Source of the DNA: Eledone cirrhosa
Lineage: Eukaryota
Length of the DNA: 64,000 bases
Assembly (NCBI GenBank): GCA_964016885.1
Contig: OZ024763.1
Span: 11,222,001-11,286,000 of the forward strand
Direction: 5' to 3'
Shown: piece after piece, positions 32,526-45,806 of the stretch
Layout of the letters: each line of letters opens with the position of its first letter
How positions within the stretch are numbered: the first letter of the stretch is position 1
Notes under the pieces: generated by a model
Database searches by the model: none
What the model saw: the letters and a program-made list of their open reading frames with translations, nothing else
Told to the model about the DNA's origin: nothing
Made by a program: the position numbers and the translations under genes

Positions 32526-32533
32526 CATATATG

Positions 32534-32565
<32 letters not shown>

Positions 32566-32665
32566 CATATATGTATATATATATATATATGTATATATAT
32601 ATACATATATGTATATATATATATATGTATATATATATACATATATGTATATATATATATATATG

Positions 32666-32709
<44 letters not shown>

Positions 32710-32753
32710 CATATATGTATATATATATATCTATATGTATATATATATACACA

Positions 32754-32786
<33 letters not shown>

Positions 32787-33058
32787 GTATATACATATAT
32801 ATATATATATGTATATATATATGTGTATATATCAGATATTGAGTTAGAAACTCAAAATAGTCTCTTACAATTAAATAGCTCCAAGAAAGAAGTCTTTCTA
32901 GGCTGTGTAATATAATTGAATATACAAGAGAGATAAACACAAATATAAACATACAGGTGTTCAAATTGTAAAGGACCAACTTCACTAGGGTGAAAACAAT
33001 ACTAGCTATAACAATATGGTTTGCCAGACTTAATTTAAAGTAATAAATCATATATATA

Positions 33059-33139
<81 letters not shown>

Positions 33140-33326
33140 CGAAGGAAATGTGGTAAGGAACCAGGTGGACCACAACGCACCAAAGTACTGAATACTTAGG
33201 GTAGTAGAGTGGGTAATAGGAACGAGTAGGACCCCGACGGCTGAGCTCAAGCCGTTTCGACGGATAATTCTGAACTCAATTAGCCGTCGAAACGGCTTGA
33301 GCTCAGCCGTCGGGGTCCTACTCGTT

Positions 33327-33367
<41 letters not shown>

Positions 33368-33406
33368 CTTCAAAATATTAATAAATATAGACATTCATGT
33401 AATCAA

Positions 33407-33478
33407 ATATATTTTATTATATATATTTCGGAAGTACTGTGCTGTTTCCTCAGTACGTCCTCATCAGATAAAATATAT
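33407..33478 (-). ncRNA. Minimal type-I hammerhead ribozyme (family A)
   Basis: atatattttat-CTGATGA-GGAcGTACTG aggaaacagca CAGTACtTCC-GAAA-TATATA-TA-ataaaatatat. Confidence 0.88.
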
Positions 33479-33586
33479 AAATTGGTGTATGACATACCTC
33501 AAATGTGGTGATGGGTCAATTCCAGTCTTGGCAGTCAAGACTGGAATTGAACCATCACCACAGTTGAGGTATGTCAGACATCAATT

Positions 33587-33652
33587 TATTTTATCTGATG
33601 AGGACGTACTGAGGATACAGCACAGTACCTCTGAAATATATATAATAAAATA
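33587..33652 (+). ncRNA. Minimal type-I hammerhead ribozyme (family A)
   Basis: tattttat-CTGATGA-ggacGTACTG aggatacagca CAGTACctct-GAAA-TATATA-TA-ataaaata. Confidence 0.85.
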
Positions 33653-33792
33653 TATTTGATCACATGAATGTCTATTTTATTAATATTTTGAATTAATATT
33701 AATAACTCCAGAAAACTTCACTGTTGAGTGCTTCTAATCTATTGTAAAACTATATTCATTGATTATTCAATGAACCTTGTTTAACTTTTGGT

Positions 33793-33893
<101 letters not shown>

Positions 33894-34514
33894 CGCGCCA
33901 GTTGTCTTCTATTCTGTATGTCTACGTGGCTTGTCCTCTTCCCATTTGATTCAAATAAGATATATCCTATTTGTGGTTATATACGTAAGAACACTTTTGA
34001 CGCGACCAGTCTCACACGTGGCGTTGGAAACGTTCAACTGAAGATGAATACTATCTCCAACAGTAATGCTACAGCTACCAGGCATGCTAAAAAAACTGGA
34101 TATTCTTCTAATTATACTCATTGAAGACACCTTTTATTTGAAATCGTAGATATATCTGTTTAAATATTGAATTTACCTTACAAAGATTTGTTACAAACAA
34201 CATGGCTCGACACAACATCAACATCAACAACACTAGTGGAAAATCGAAGAAAAGCAACAACGGGAAAGGTAAATAGAATATTTTTAGTTGTAGCTACAGA
34301 ACGAACTGAAACTATAAATCGAATTATCTGGAAGTTACGGACTTTATAATGATTTATTTACTTATTATAGAATGACAAAAAAAGATCCCTCTGTTGGCTA
34401 TGTAAACAGAATGAAGCCATTCTGCAGTGAAATACATCCAGAACTAAATTACTTCACAGCCAACAGACAACGTTCGTCGAACGTAAAAATAACATAAACA
34501 TTATTCAAAACAAT

Positions 34515-34693
34515 AATTCTTTCTACTTTAGGCACAAGGCCATCAATTACCCAGTACATTACTGGTACTTTATTTTATCGACCCCGTAAGGATGAAAGGC
34601 AAAGTTAACCTCGGCGGGATTTGAACTCAGACCGTAAAGGGACGTAACTATGTTAGAAAGCATGGCGTCCAACCCTCTACCGATACTGCCAAT
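34515..34693 (-). mobile_element. Meta-core SINE
   Basis: Reverse-complement core and B-box. Confidence 0.82.
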
Positions 34694-34734
34694 TCACGGG
34701 AATAATGAAAGGAAAATGAACAAACAAAAGGGGA

Positions 34735-35165
34735 TTCTCCGGCCGCTTCTTCTTCGCACTGGTTGCCTTCGAGACCTCAGGCATACTTGGACCCCGTACA
34801 GTCAAGCTCCTCCGCAAGACCGGAACGTCGGCGGCCCGTCTGAGGAAGGAGTCCCACGAGGTGGGGTGGCTGTTGCAGCGGGTGTCCCATTGTCCGCAGG
34901 AATGCTTTTGCGGTCTTGTCTGCGGGCGCAGCCCCATTACCGCCGCACCCTAGGACCAGAGCCTAATCACCCTCACCATCACCCTCACCATCACCCTCCT
35001 CATTCTTCTGTGACACTAGAGTCCTTGCCATTCCCTTCCCTTTTCCGTTTTTTTTATATTTTCTTATTTTACATTCCATTCTTTCTTCTCAATCTAAATT
35101 TTCTTTTTTCTTTTTCTATTAAATTGTATTTACATGATATATTCCATAAATAAATATCTGTTTAA
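34735..35165 (+). mobile_element. CRE-clade non-LTR element, extreme 3' end
   Basis: FFALVAFETSGILGPRTVKLLRKTG...EVGWLLQRVS; GC-rich; 3' UTR with aataaa. Confidence 0.68.
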
Positions 35166-35199
35166 TTCTTTCAGTCACCTCTTACGAAAACAAATAAAC

Positions 35200-35525
35200 A
35201 AGAATTGTTTCTACTTTTGGCACAAGGCCAGCAATTACCCCAGTACATTACTGGTACTTTATTTTATCGACCCCGTAAGGATGAAAGGCAAAGTTAACCT
35301 TGGCGGGATTTGAACTCAGACTATAAAGGGCCGTAACTCTTTACTGCAAAGCATGGCGTCAATGAAAGTGTGAAACCTACAAATAACTGTTTCTACTTTG
35401 GGCACAAGGCCAGCAATTACCCAGTGCATTACTGGTACTTTATTTTATCGACCCCGTAAGGATGAAAGGCAAAGTCAACCTCGGCGGGATTTGAACTCAG
35501 ATCGTAAAGGGACGTAACTATGCTG
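35200..35525 (-). mobile_element. Two truncated Meta-core SINEs
   Basis: Two reverse-complement cores. Confidence 0.8.
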
Positions 35526-35871
35526 GTAACCCACAAATAACAACACTAAGTGAGCAATCTCCCAGGTCAAACATGCAATCAACATGGCCACTATGTTACA
35601 ACGTTTTCTAGCAGCCAGACGGGTCATCAACAAACAACAGCAATACACAAACAATCCCTTGAAACAGCCATGTCGTTAAGGAATTTGACACCACGTTATG
35701 GCATTTCGCTGTCACGTTGATCCTCAACATCAAAACATTGTCAATGATAATACGTCTGCCATTAGATGGGAAAGTCAAGAGATAAATAGTTAAAATATAC
35801 CCTCAACGAAACTTTCCATACTGAGATTTATTATGTATAAATATTTATCTCGCAAAACGACGCTATTGTTA

Positions 35872-36223
35872 AAGAGTTACGGCCCTTTATGATCTGAGTT
35901 CAAATCCCGCCGAGGTTAACTTTGCCTTTCAACCTTACAGGGTCGATGAAATAAGGTACCAGTAATACACTTGGATAATTGCTGGCCTTGTGCCAAAAGT
36001 AGAAACAATTATTATTAAACAAGAAGGGGGCGGTGGATTGGCAGTATCGGTTGAGAGTCGGACGCCATGCTTTCCACCATAGTTACGTCCCTTTACGGTC
36101 TGAGTTCAAATCCCGCCGAGGTTAACTTTGCCTTTCATCCTTACGGGGTCGATAAAATAAAGTACCAGTAATGTACTGGGATAATTGCTGGCCTTGTGCC
36201 AAAAGGAGAAACAATTATTATTA
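35872..36223 (+). mobile_element. Two Meta-core SINEs, head to tail
   Basis: Two cores; both followed by attattattaaacaagaa. Confidence 0.82.
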
Positions 36224-36814
36224 AACAAGAAACCAAATAATGAAATTCTGCGAGTTATTGACGAAATTGGAGGTGAATATTTACGTCAATTTAAAGGCCC
36301 TTCATTTTGGCAAGTTAACGTCTGTTTATAAACCCTGGCAACGATAGCGAAACATTATCTTGGTGATGATAGAGATGTTAACAGAAACAAAACAACGCAA
36401 TAATGACATTTCAAAAATAGAACAGGCCGCTGGCCTAAGGAAAACTATTGGTCACGTGGCAATGATTATCACATGTAAACAAAACCACACTCCTCACTAA
36501 CAAAGAGAGAAAATAGTTTGGAATGGTGTTTGGATACAGTACAACCAGAATTCTTCAATACAAGTTTATCACCTTCAAACAAGAACTGAGATCTATCAGT
36601 AAGAAACTCCGATACCAGAAAAGGGTGGCTGAAAGAAAAAGAAAAATTCAGCCGAAACCAAGCATCAGTGTATAGAGATAAGAAGAATTTCAACCAAGAT
36701 GCGGTGTGGTTGAAAGAGATCAGAACGAACTACTGCCTTTAAATTATACCAACAAATTTCCTATCACAATCTCAAGGATACCCTTGAGATTGTGATAGGA
36801 AAACTCCGAGATAA

Positions 36815-37543
36815 AAAAACACCAGGAAAAGACATGATTGTCGGCTACTGGTACAAAAAACTGATATTCTATCGGAGGTATCTTATCGACCTCTACCAGC
36901 AAGCTCTCAAGGGAGATACACATATACCAGGGTAGTTGACATTAGCAAAAACAATACTGGTCCCAAAGAACAAAGACACCCACTTCGCAAAAAACTACCG
37001 ATCCGTTGCATGCCAGAACCTGATGTATAAGATGTATACAGCCTGCCTGAACCTATTCCTCCAAGATCACTGTGAAAATAATAACATCATCACAGATGAA
37101 CAAGCAGCTGGAAAGAAAGGGGTTTGGGGATGTGCTGAACAACTCCTAATCAACAAAACTGCGATGTCGGAGGTGTGACAACTTAGGTGGAATATGGCTA
37201 CAGTCTGGCTGGACTACAGGAAAGCATTTGATTCTGTTCCCCACTCTTGGATGATAGAGGCCCTCCGACTTGCTAAAGTCCCAGACATTATTGTCAGAGC
37301 CATAGAGAGGCTGTCTTCTTCTTGGGTTACTATCCTAAAGTTAAATACAGAGGAGGACTCACTGATAAAATAAAATATCTCAGGGGTATATTTCAAGGAG
37401 ACAGTCACTCTGTGATACTATTTATTCTGTTATTAAACCCCTTGTCCTTTCTGCTCAAGAAATGTGAAGGATACATCATTGGCTCACAGGAGGACAGAAA
37501 TACGAACTTAACCCATAATTATTTTGTGGATGACCTGAAACTC
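36815..37543 (+). pseudogene. R4/Dong reverse transcriptase domain (motifs 0-5), disrupted
   Basis: D..KAFD, QGD and FVDD motifs with stops and frameshifts. Confidence 0.88.
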
Positions 37544-39989
37544 AATGCATTCCATGTTCAGTGTGGGGTTGACCTCGTACAAAGCCTTCCTCACTTAAGA
37601 AAGCTTCAGGCACAGGTATTGCTTGATATGTGACATTTTTTGCGATGCATCGTATTGCTGGCCATAGGCAAGTCCCTAGCAGGACCACAAAGCCACGTCC
37701 ATGATGCTCATGCTTAAGGATCTAATAGGCCACTTAAGTATCAAGCGATGACATTACTCGAATTGCAGCCGTCATCATGTATGTATGTTCTTCTGGTTTT
37801 ATCATTTTTGTATGTATGTATGTGTGTATGTATGTATGTATGATGGTATGTATGTATGTATGTATGTATGTATGTTATATCAGAGTCTTCCTTCTCCTAG
37901 AATTCTGCCTTGACAAAGCTAAGGGGTCATCTCTCCCGGTGATTTTGGATGGCTATTGACTCTTAAGAGCCCCTTTGCCTTTTGACAGGTTTTGTTTTTA
38001 GTCCTGCAGGATGTCCAAAGTCACCCTGATGGTATCCAATGATGTTGACTTGTTCTTCTTTTTGGTAAATATCATCTTGGTTAAGAGAGTGAGTCTGGCT
38101 TTGTGCAGTGCCTTTGCTCACTATAAAAGCTTCACGGCACAGGCATTGCTTTATATCTGGAGATCTCTCTGCACTTGTCGTCACATGGTACCATGGGCCC
38201 AGCACTATGTGTCAATAATTGTCACAACTGTAGTGTTTGTACCAGAGTTTTCATGTCGCAGGCTGGACTAAAAAGTCACACTCGTTCAGCGCATCGGTAG
38301 GGGTTCTCCTGCATGGATATAAAGTAGTGGCCGTACTCGAAAACGAGTTGGCAGCCACCATATATGTATGTGTGTATGTACATAGGCATGTATGTATGTG
38401 TATTTGTACGTAGGCATGTATGTATGTATGTATGTATGTATGTATGTATGTATGTATGTATGTATGTATGTATGTATGTATGTATGCATGTATGTATGTA
38501 ATCTTTAGCATTATATTGACATCCACTGGGCAGCTGCAACGAAGAAAGACCTTGACCTGGTTACAACATTCTCAAAGGATATAAGAATGGAGTTTGGCCA
38601 GGATAAAAGCTCATACATGACTGTAAAGCGGGGAAAAACAATAACCCAATCTAGCAACATTTGTATCAATGGCGTAACTGTTTCACCGATATCTGATGAG
38701 GACTGCTACAGATACCTGGGGATAGATGAGAATATATCCTATAATGGTATTTCTAATAAGGAACGCTTACGCCAGGGAATATGACACCCGATTAAGAAAA
38801 ATATGGTCATTGGATCTCTCTACGCAGAGTAAAATAGTTGCTTACAATGTTTGCTGTGCTTGTCATAACACCAACATTTGGAAGACTCGATTGGACGATT
38901 CAGCTTAAAACCCCCAAAATCCTAACAAGTACTGGAAACTTCCACAGCAACAATGACATAGATCTCCTCTACTTGAAACGTAAACAGGGAAGCAGAGGGC
39001 TAACATCAGTCCAGACAGCATTTGACTGTCACATCATACCCCTTCCACATCTACGAACCACCAAGCTAGAAGCGCATCTGTTGAGCAGGTCTGTCTACAT
39101 GAGACATATGATCATGAGAATTGGGAAGGAGCTCCTTGAGAAATAGTCCCTGCATGATAACTAAATATTCACACCCAGGAAAGTTGCCCAGCAATACCGC
39201 AGTGAACCCATGGATGAAAAACCGCATGTTTCTCAGCAAAGGATCACACATGGATATGTTGCCAGGAGGTGCCAAAGTGAGAGTAATATAGATAAGCAAA
39301 GTAGTCTATCTTGGACAACAACTGATATATTGGCTCACACATTGAAGGAAATCAATACAAAATACCTGATTCACAAAAGAGATAAGGATGCAGGCAAAAC
39401 ACCTAGATTTGACAACAGATGCAGACTCCGTAGAATTAACACCGAGGGGGCATGATGTAGTGGCCAAAGCAATATAAAATATAATCGGTAAATAGCACCA
39501 AGAATAAACATAAAAAATGACAGCATTGTGTAGGACATATACATACACATGAAAGAGTAACCCCAATAAAATGCAAACTTATCAGACCAAATATAGGGAT
39601 ATGGGACAGAGAAAAGCAGGCATGCATAGCAGTGGAAATCAGCTGCCCGGTGGATGTCAATATAATGCTAAAGATTATATACATACATACACAAATTATA
39701 AAACCAGAAGAACATACATACATGATAATGGCTGTAACTCGATTTCGAGTAATGCCATCTCTTGATCCTTAAGCATGGGTATCATGGACGTGGTTTTGTG
39801 GTCCTGCATGAGTATCATGGACTTGCCTATGGCCAGCAATGCCATGCATCGCAAAAAATGTCACATATCGAGTGATGCCTGTGCCTGAAGCTTTCTTAAG
39901 TGAGGAAAGGCTTTGTACAAGGTCAACCCCACACTCTGAACATTGAATGCATTTAACCAAAATGAGGGTTGGTCTACATCATTGGATGC

Positions 39990-40228
39990 AAACGAAGTTG
40001 CAGGTTTTATATCAGAGTGACCCTCTCCTAGAGAGATGTCTTAATGAAGACTAAGACTAAGAGTCTCCCCCTCCCCCCAAGAAAAACTTCATTTGATGGC
40101 TGCTGATTCTCCCGAGTTCCTCCGCCCTTTGACGTGTCTCGTTTTCCATCCCGTAGGGTGTCCAAAATCACCCTCCTCACCAAGCAAGTTTGGTGGGGTT
40201 GCCAGTTTAGTCGCCGACGACCCGACCA
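39990..40228 (-). mobile_element. RTE-like LINE 5' UTR fragment; related piece at 37875-38030 (-)
   Basis: ggtcgtcggcgactaaactggcaacccc...gtcaaagggcggaggaactc...ctctagggagagggtcactctgatataaaacc. Confidence 0.5.
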
Positions 40229-40826
40229 TACATATATACTTAGATGATGGCTGCAAACTCTGCTAAGAGTATTACAATCGCTTGTCAGATTATCGAACAA
40301 GCAATGCCTGCGCTTTGAAGCTTTTTTAAGTGGGTAAAAGCCTTGCACTCGACCAATCCCATTCTCTGAGCACCCATAACACCACCCGAAAAGGAGAACT
40401 GGTCAACATCATCGGATGCTTCTTAAGCCGCAGGTTTTTATTTTCAGTTTCTCTTTCCATACATACATACATACATACATACATACATACATACATACAT
40501 ACATACATGCACAAATATACATACACACATATACATACATGCGTAACAAATATACATACATGCGTAACTAAAATGGGTGCAAGTCCTAACAGTAAGAATG
40601 TTTCATGAGACACCATATAATGTTATCGAGGGTGTCTACATGATGTTTAGAGCTCCGAACCGACTGGAACTTGGTACAAAATATCATTATTTTCTGGTAG
40701 ACATACTACCGTGACAATACAGCGATACGTGATCGGGAAGAGACGAGGTAGTATTATACCAATACTGGCTGGTTTCTCTCTATGAGAACCTATTCTTAGA
40801 AAGATCTGTTGTAAATCGTTTATCTA

Positions 40827-41258
40827 CAGAGTGACCTAAAAGTTCTGTTGCATGTTTTGAAGTTCTTAGTTTAACATAAAAAAGTGGCAAATTTATCTTT
40901 ATCTTGTATGGTTTTAAAGATGGTTTTGTCGCCTTTCAAGTTCTGAACTCACCTTTAAGCTAAGAGATATAGTTTTGAAAAAAATTAGAACGGAACGTGA
41001 ACGATCTGCTGTAATTGAGCTGCACCAAGCTGGCAAGTCACCATCAGATATTTTGAATCTTCTCAATTGGCAGAAAACGAAGCGAATATTCGTCTATCGA
41101 ACCATCAATAGATTCAGGGACACTGGAGAAGTTCAAGATCGAGTGAGAACAGGACGTCATAAGTCAGTCAGGACTTCTAGGCTCAAGAAAATCATCAGTA
41201 CCAGAGTTCATCGAAATACAAGGGGCTCCATAATAAAGATGGCTGTTGAGCTGAGAGT
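40827..41258 (+). mobile_element. Tc1/mariner-superfamily transposon, 5' fragment
   Basis: ta|cagagtgacctaaaagtt TIR-like start, followed by the transposase N-terminus. Confidence 0.7.
40975..41258 (+). pseudogene. Tc1/mariner transposase N-terminal HTH; catalytic domain absent
   Basis: RSAVIELHQAGKSPSDI...VYRTINRFRDTGEVQDRVRTGRHKSVRT...RNTRGSIIKMAVELRV. Confidence 0.78.
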
Positions 41259-41609
41259 TTGGTTTCTTAGAGTAACAGCCCAACATAGGGATCTGATTAC
41301 TTGGTCTCTGTTAAGTCGTGTCCCGCAGTATCGTCATGGTAGGTACGTATTCGATGACTGCGGTCTAAAGGAAAAGATCCATACATTATGTAAATATTTG
41401 CTTGGTGAGAATTTACAACTGCAGCTTCTAACGTCACGTAAAGGCGACCCACAGTAAATTTTATGGAATTGTAAGCCACCTTAATGTATAATAGCTGATC
41501 TGATTGGATTATTGACACACATATGTTTGCATGTATTTATAAGTATATATATATATATATAATGTATATATATATTATGTATATATATATTATGTATATA
41601 TATATTATG

Positions 41610-41642
<33 letters not shown>

Positions 41643-41823
41643 TATGTATATATATTATGTATATATATATATATTTATATATATATTATGTATATATATT
41701 ATGTATATATATATATATTTATATATATATTATGTATATATATTATGTATATATATATATATTTATATATAAATTTTCATTATTTTTTTGTCCCCCCCCC
41801 TTCTCTCTCTATACATATATATA

Positions 41824-41890
<67 letters not shown>

Positions 41891-42094
41891 TGTATAACCA
41901 AAATAAATATATAGAGAGAGGGGGTTGGGGAGAAGATAATGAAAATTTAATGGTGATGTTTTAATACTAAATGACATAAAGAACTACTCCCTACACACAC
42001 ACACACACATACACACACACGTGTATATGTGTGTGTGTGTAGGGAGCAATTATTAAAAATATCAGTCTCATCAAATATATATTCAGGTATGTAT

Positions 42095-42132
<38 letters not shown>

Positions 42133-42554
42133 GTATATATGTGTATATGTGTGTGTGTACAGTGAGACAGTGGCTAACACCAACACCATCATACACACGC
42201 ATAGACACACATACAGACATACACACATACACACACATACACACGCACACACACACATACACACACATACAGACATACACACACATACACACGCATAGAC
42301 ACACTTACAGACATACACACATACACACACATACACACACACATACACGAACACACACACACGTACACACACACACACATACACACAGGCACACACATAC
42401 ACACACACATACACACATACACATACACATACACACGCACACACACACACGCACATATAGACACACACATAGACACACACACAGCAACGATATAATGTAA
42501 TCCTCATAATGTCATTAATCCGATTTATTTAGTCCTGTCAGATATACTGGATAA

Positions 42555-43245
42555 CTACACCACCACACGACCACCACCACCACCACACGACCACCACCAC
42601 CACCACACGACCACCACCACCATACCACCACCACCACCACCACACGACCACCACCATACCACCACCACCACCACCACACGACCACCACCACCACCATACC
42701 ACCACCACCACCACCACCATACCACCATACCACCACCACCACCACCATACCACCATACCACCACCACACGACCACCACCACCACCATACCACCACCACCA
42801 CCACCACCATACCACCACCACCACCACTATACCACCATACCACCACCATACCACCATACCACCACCATACCACCACCACTACCACCACCACTACCACCAT
42901 ACCACCACCACCACCACCACCACCACCACCATACCACCACCACTACCACCACCACTACCACCATACCACCACCACCACCACCACCACTACCACCACCACT
43001 ACCACCATACCACCACCACCACCACCACCACCACCATACCACCACCACTACCACCACCACCATACCACCACCACCATACCACCATACCACCACCACCATA
43101 CCACCATACCACCACCACCACCACACGACCACCACCACCACCATACCACCACCACCACCACCACCACCACTACCATACCACCACCACTACCACCACCACC
43201 ACCACCATACCACCACTACCATACCACCACCGCCACCATACCACT
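42555..43245. repeat. (CCA)n/(CCATA)n microsatellite
   Basis: Direct reading. Confidence 0.95.
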
Positions 43246-43429
43246 ACTTCCTCTATGTCTCTTTCTCATTTCCTCTCTCTCATTTTCTATCCTTCTCTGG
43301 AAGAAATCTGCTCTACTCAGTCCCGGGGAGAGATGGGCTCCGCCAGGCTTAAAATGCCCAAGAAACGTCGTATGTCAATACGACGCCCCTACGACTCTAC
43401 CAGGAGTTACGAGACTAAGGGATGTATCC

Positions 43430-43820
43430 CATAATCCTATACGATGGCAACATTCTCTCCTCTAGTGACTTGTTGTGGATGATATTCATACCAGTTGTTA
43501 GGGTGTGAGATATCATAGTTATATCATATGCTCCAATGGAAGTATTGTCCAACTCGATCGTACTTCAAGGAGACGTAATTTGTACACATTTCTTCTTCTC
43601 TTTCTTCTATGCGAGTATCAACTGACATGTTGGTTTTTCTTTTCGATTACAGTAATGTCTGGTCTATCATGATATAGCCGTTTATCGGTTTGTATGGGCC
43701 AATCCCATCAAATCCTGCAGTCGTCTGATTCCAATTCTTTCTCTGGTTTTCATGTACAATTTGTCTGGTTTGTCAAATTCTCACTTTACACAGTTTCCAG
43801 TCGATTACTTTGGCCATATT
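43430..43820 (-). mobile_element. R4/Dong-like endonuclease-region fragments
   Basis: WDWPIQTDKRLYHDRPDITVIEK and YDRVGQYFHW...NWYEYHP. Confidence 0.65.
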
Positions 43821-43825
43821 ATTAT

Positions 43826-44040
43826 ATTGGCAGTATCGGTAGAGGGTCGGACGCCATGCTTTGACGCAGAAGAATTATGGCCCTTTATGATCTGAGTTCA
43901 AATCCCGCCGAGGTTAACTTTGCCTTTCATCCTTACGGGGTCGATAAAATAAAGTACCAGTCACGCACTGGGGTCGATTTAATCGACTTTGCCCTCCCCC
44001 AAAATTGCTGGCCTTGTGCCAATATAAGAAACCACTATTA
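43826..44040 (+). mobile_element. Meta-core SINE
   Basis: A-box, B-box, core and tail. Confidence 0.85.
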
Positions 44041-44266
44041 TGTCTCACCTTCAAATGTGTGAGGTACCATGAGAATGATTTTTAACCTCCTTGACTTCCG
44101 GATAGCCAGGAACATGGGTTATATAATAATTTGTACCCTTGAATATCATTCCTGGTGACCCAGTGACCTCTAGTAATGTTTTGAGATTTCACTTTCTGTT
44201 AGTTTTTATTTCAAGATATTTACAGAGTTTCTCAAATGTTTTAGGGAAGTCTTTTTGTCACCTGGG

Positions 44267-44874
44267 TCTGTGACATCTCTGTGACATCTCTGTGACATCT
44301 CTGTGACATCTCTGTGACATCTCTGTGACATCTCTGTGATATTTCTGTGACATCTCTGTGACATCTCTGTGACATCTCTGTGACATCTCTGTGACAACTC
44401 TGTGACATCTCTGTGACATCTCTGTGACATCTCTGTGACATCTCTGCGACATCTCTGTGACATCTCTGTGACATCTCTGTGACATCTCTGTGACATCTCT
44501 GTGACATCTCTGTGATATTTCTGTGACATCTCTGTGACATCTCTGTGACATCTCTGTGACATCTCTGTGACAACTCTGTGACATCTCTGTGACATCTCTG
44601 TGACATCTCTGTGACATCTCTGCGACATCTCTGTGACATCTCTGTGACATCTCTGTGACATCTCTGTGACATCTCTGTGACATCTCTGTGATATTTCTGT
44701 GACATCTTTGTGACATCTCTGTGACATCTCTGTGACATCTCTGTGACATCTCTGTGACAACTCTGTGACATCTCTGTAACATCTCTGTGACATCTCTGTG
44801 ACATCTCTGTGACAACTCTGTGACATCTCTGTGACAACTCTGTGACATCTCTGTGACATCTCTGTGACATCTCT
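44267..44874. repeat. 11-bp minisatellite (~55 copies) with a 176-bp higher-order period
   Basis: Unit tctgtgacatc; variant gatatttc at 44338, 44514 and 44690. Confidence 0.95.
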
Positions 44875-45146
44875 AAGAAGGCAAGATTTTTCAACAAAAC
44901 TTTTAACAATAATTGTTTCTTATTTTGGCACAAGGCCAGTAATTTTGGGGGAGGGGAAAGTCGATTAAATCGACTCCATTGCATGACTGGTACTCTATTT
45001 CATCGACAGCCGTAAGGATGAAAGGCAAAGATAAGACATTTGAAATCAGAACGCAAAGGGCCGTAACACTGGGTTGCGAATTAGCTTAGGTTTCCCTGTT
45101 TGTTTTAAAAACTGATATTCCAGAAGATCGAGACTTCAGTAGAGTT

Positions 45147-45806
45147 ATGGTGGTTTGTAGCGCCACAAATTCTCTTTATGGGGGAGATTGTATGACATAT
45201 CACCCAGTGGTGGTTTGTAGCGCCACAAATTCTCTTTATGGCGGAGATTGTATGACATATCACCCAGTGGTGGTTTGTAGCGCCACAAATTCTCTTTATG
45301 GCGGAGATTGTATGACATATCACCCAGTGGTGGTTTGTAGCGCCACAAATTCTCTTTATGGCGGAGATTGTATGACATATCACCCAGTGGTGGTTTGTAG
45401 CGCCACAAATTCTCTTTATGGCGGAGATTGTATGACATATCACCCAGTGGTGGTTTGTAGCGCCACAAATTCTCTTTATGGCGGAGATTGTATGACATAT
45501 CACCCAGTGGTGGTTTGTAGCGCCACAAATTCTCTTTATGGCGGAGATTGTATGACATATCACCCAGTGGTGGTTTGTAGCGCCACCAATTCTCTTTATG
45601 GCGGAGATTGTATGACATATCACCCAGTGGTGGTTTGTAGCGCCACCAATTCTCTTTATGGCGGAGATTGTATGACATATCACCCAGTGGTGGTTTGTAG
45701 TGCCACCAATTCTCTTTATGGCGGAGATTGTATGACATATCACCCAGTGGTGGTTTGTAGTGCCACAAATTCTCTTTATGGCGGAGATTGTATGACATAT
45801 CACCAG
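45147..45806. repeat. 60-bp minisatellite, 11 near-identical copies
   Basis: Unit gtggtggtttgtagcgccacaaattctctttatggcggagattgtatgacatatcaccca. Confidence 0.97.

Larger units (their letters stand above)
34300..39713 (+). mobile_element. Fragmented R4/Dong-like LINE, interrupted by SINEs, a CRE remnant and an inverted insert
   Basis: PGKDMIVGYWYK, TILVPK..NYRSVAC, EQAAGKKG, WLDYRKAFDSVPHSW, RGIFQGDS, FVDDLK, DIRMEFG, YRYLG, EISCPVD; ends aaaaccagaagaa|catacatac. Confidence 0.85.
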
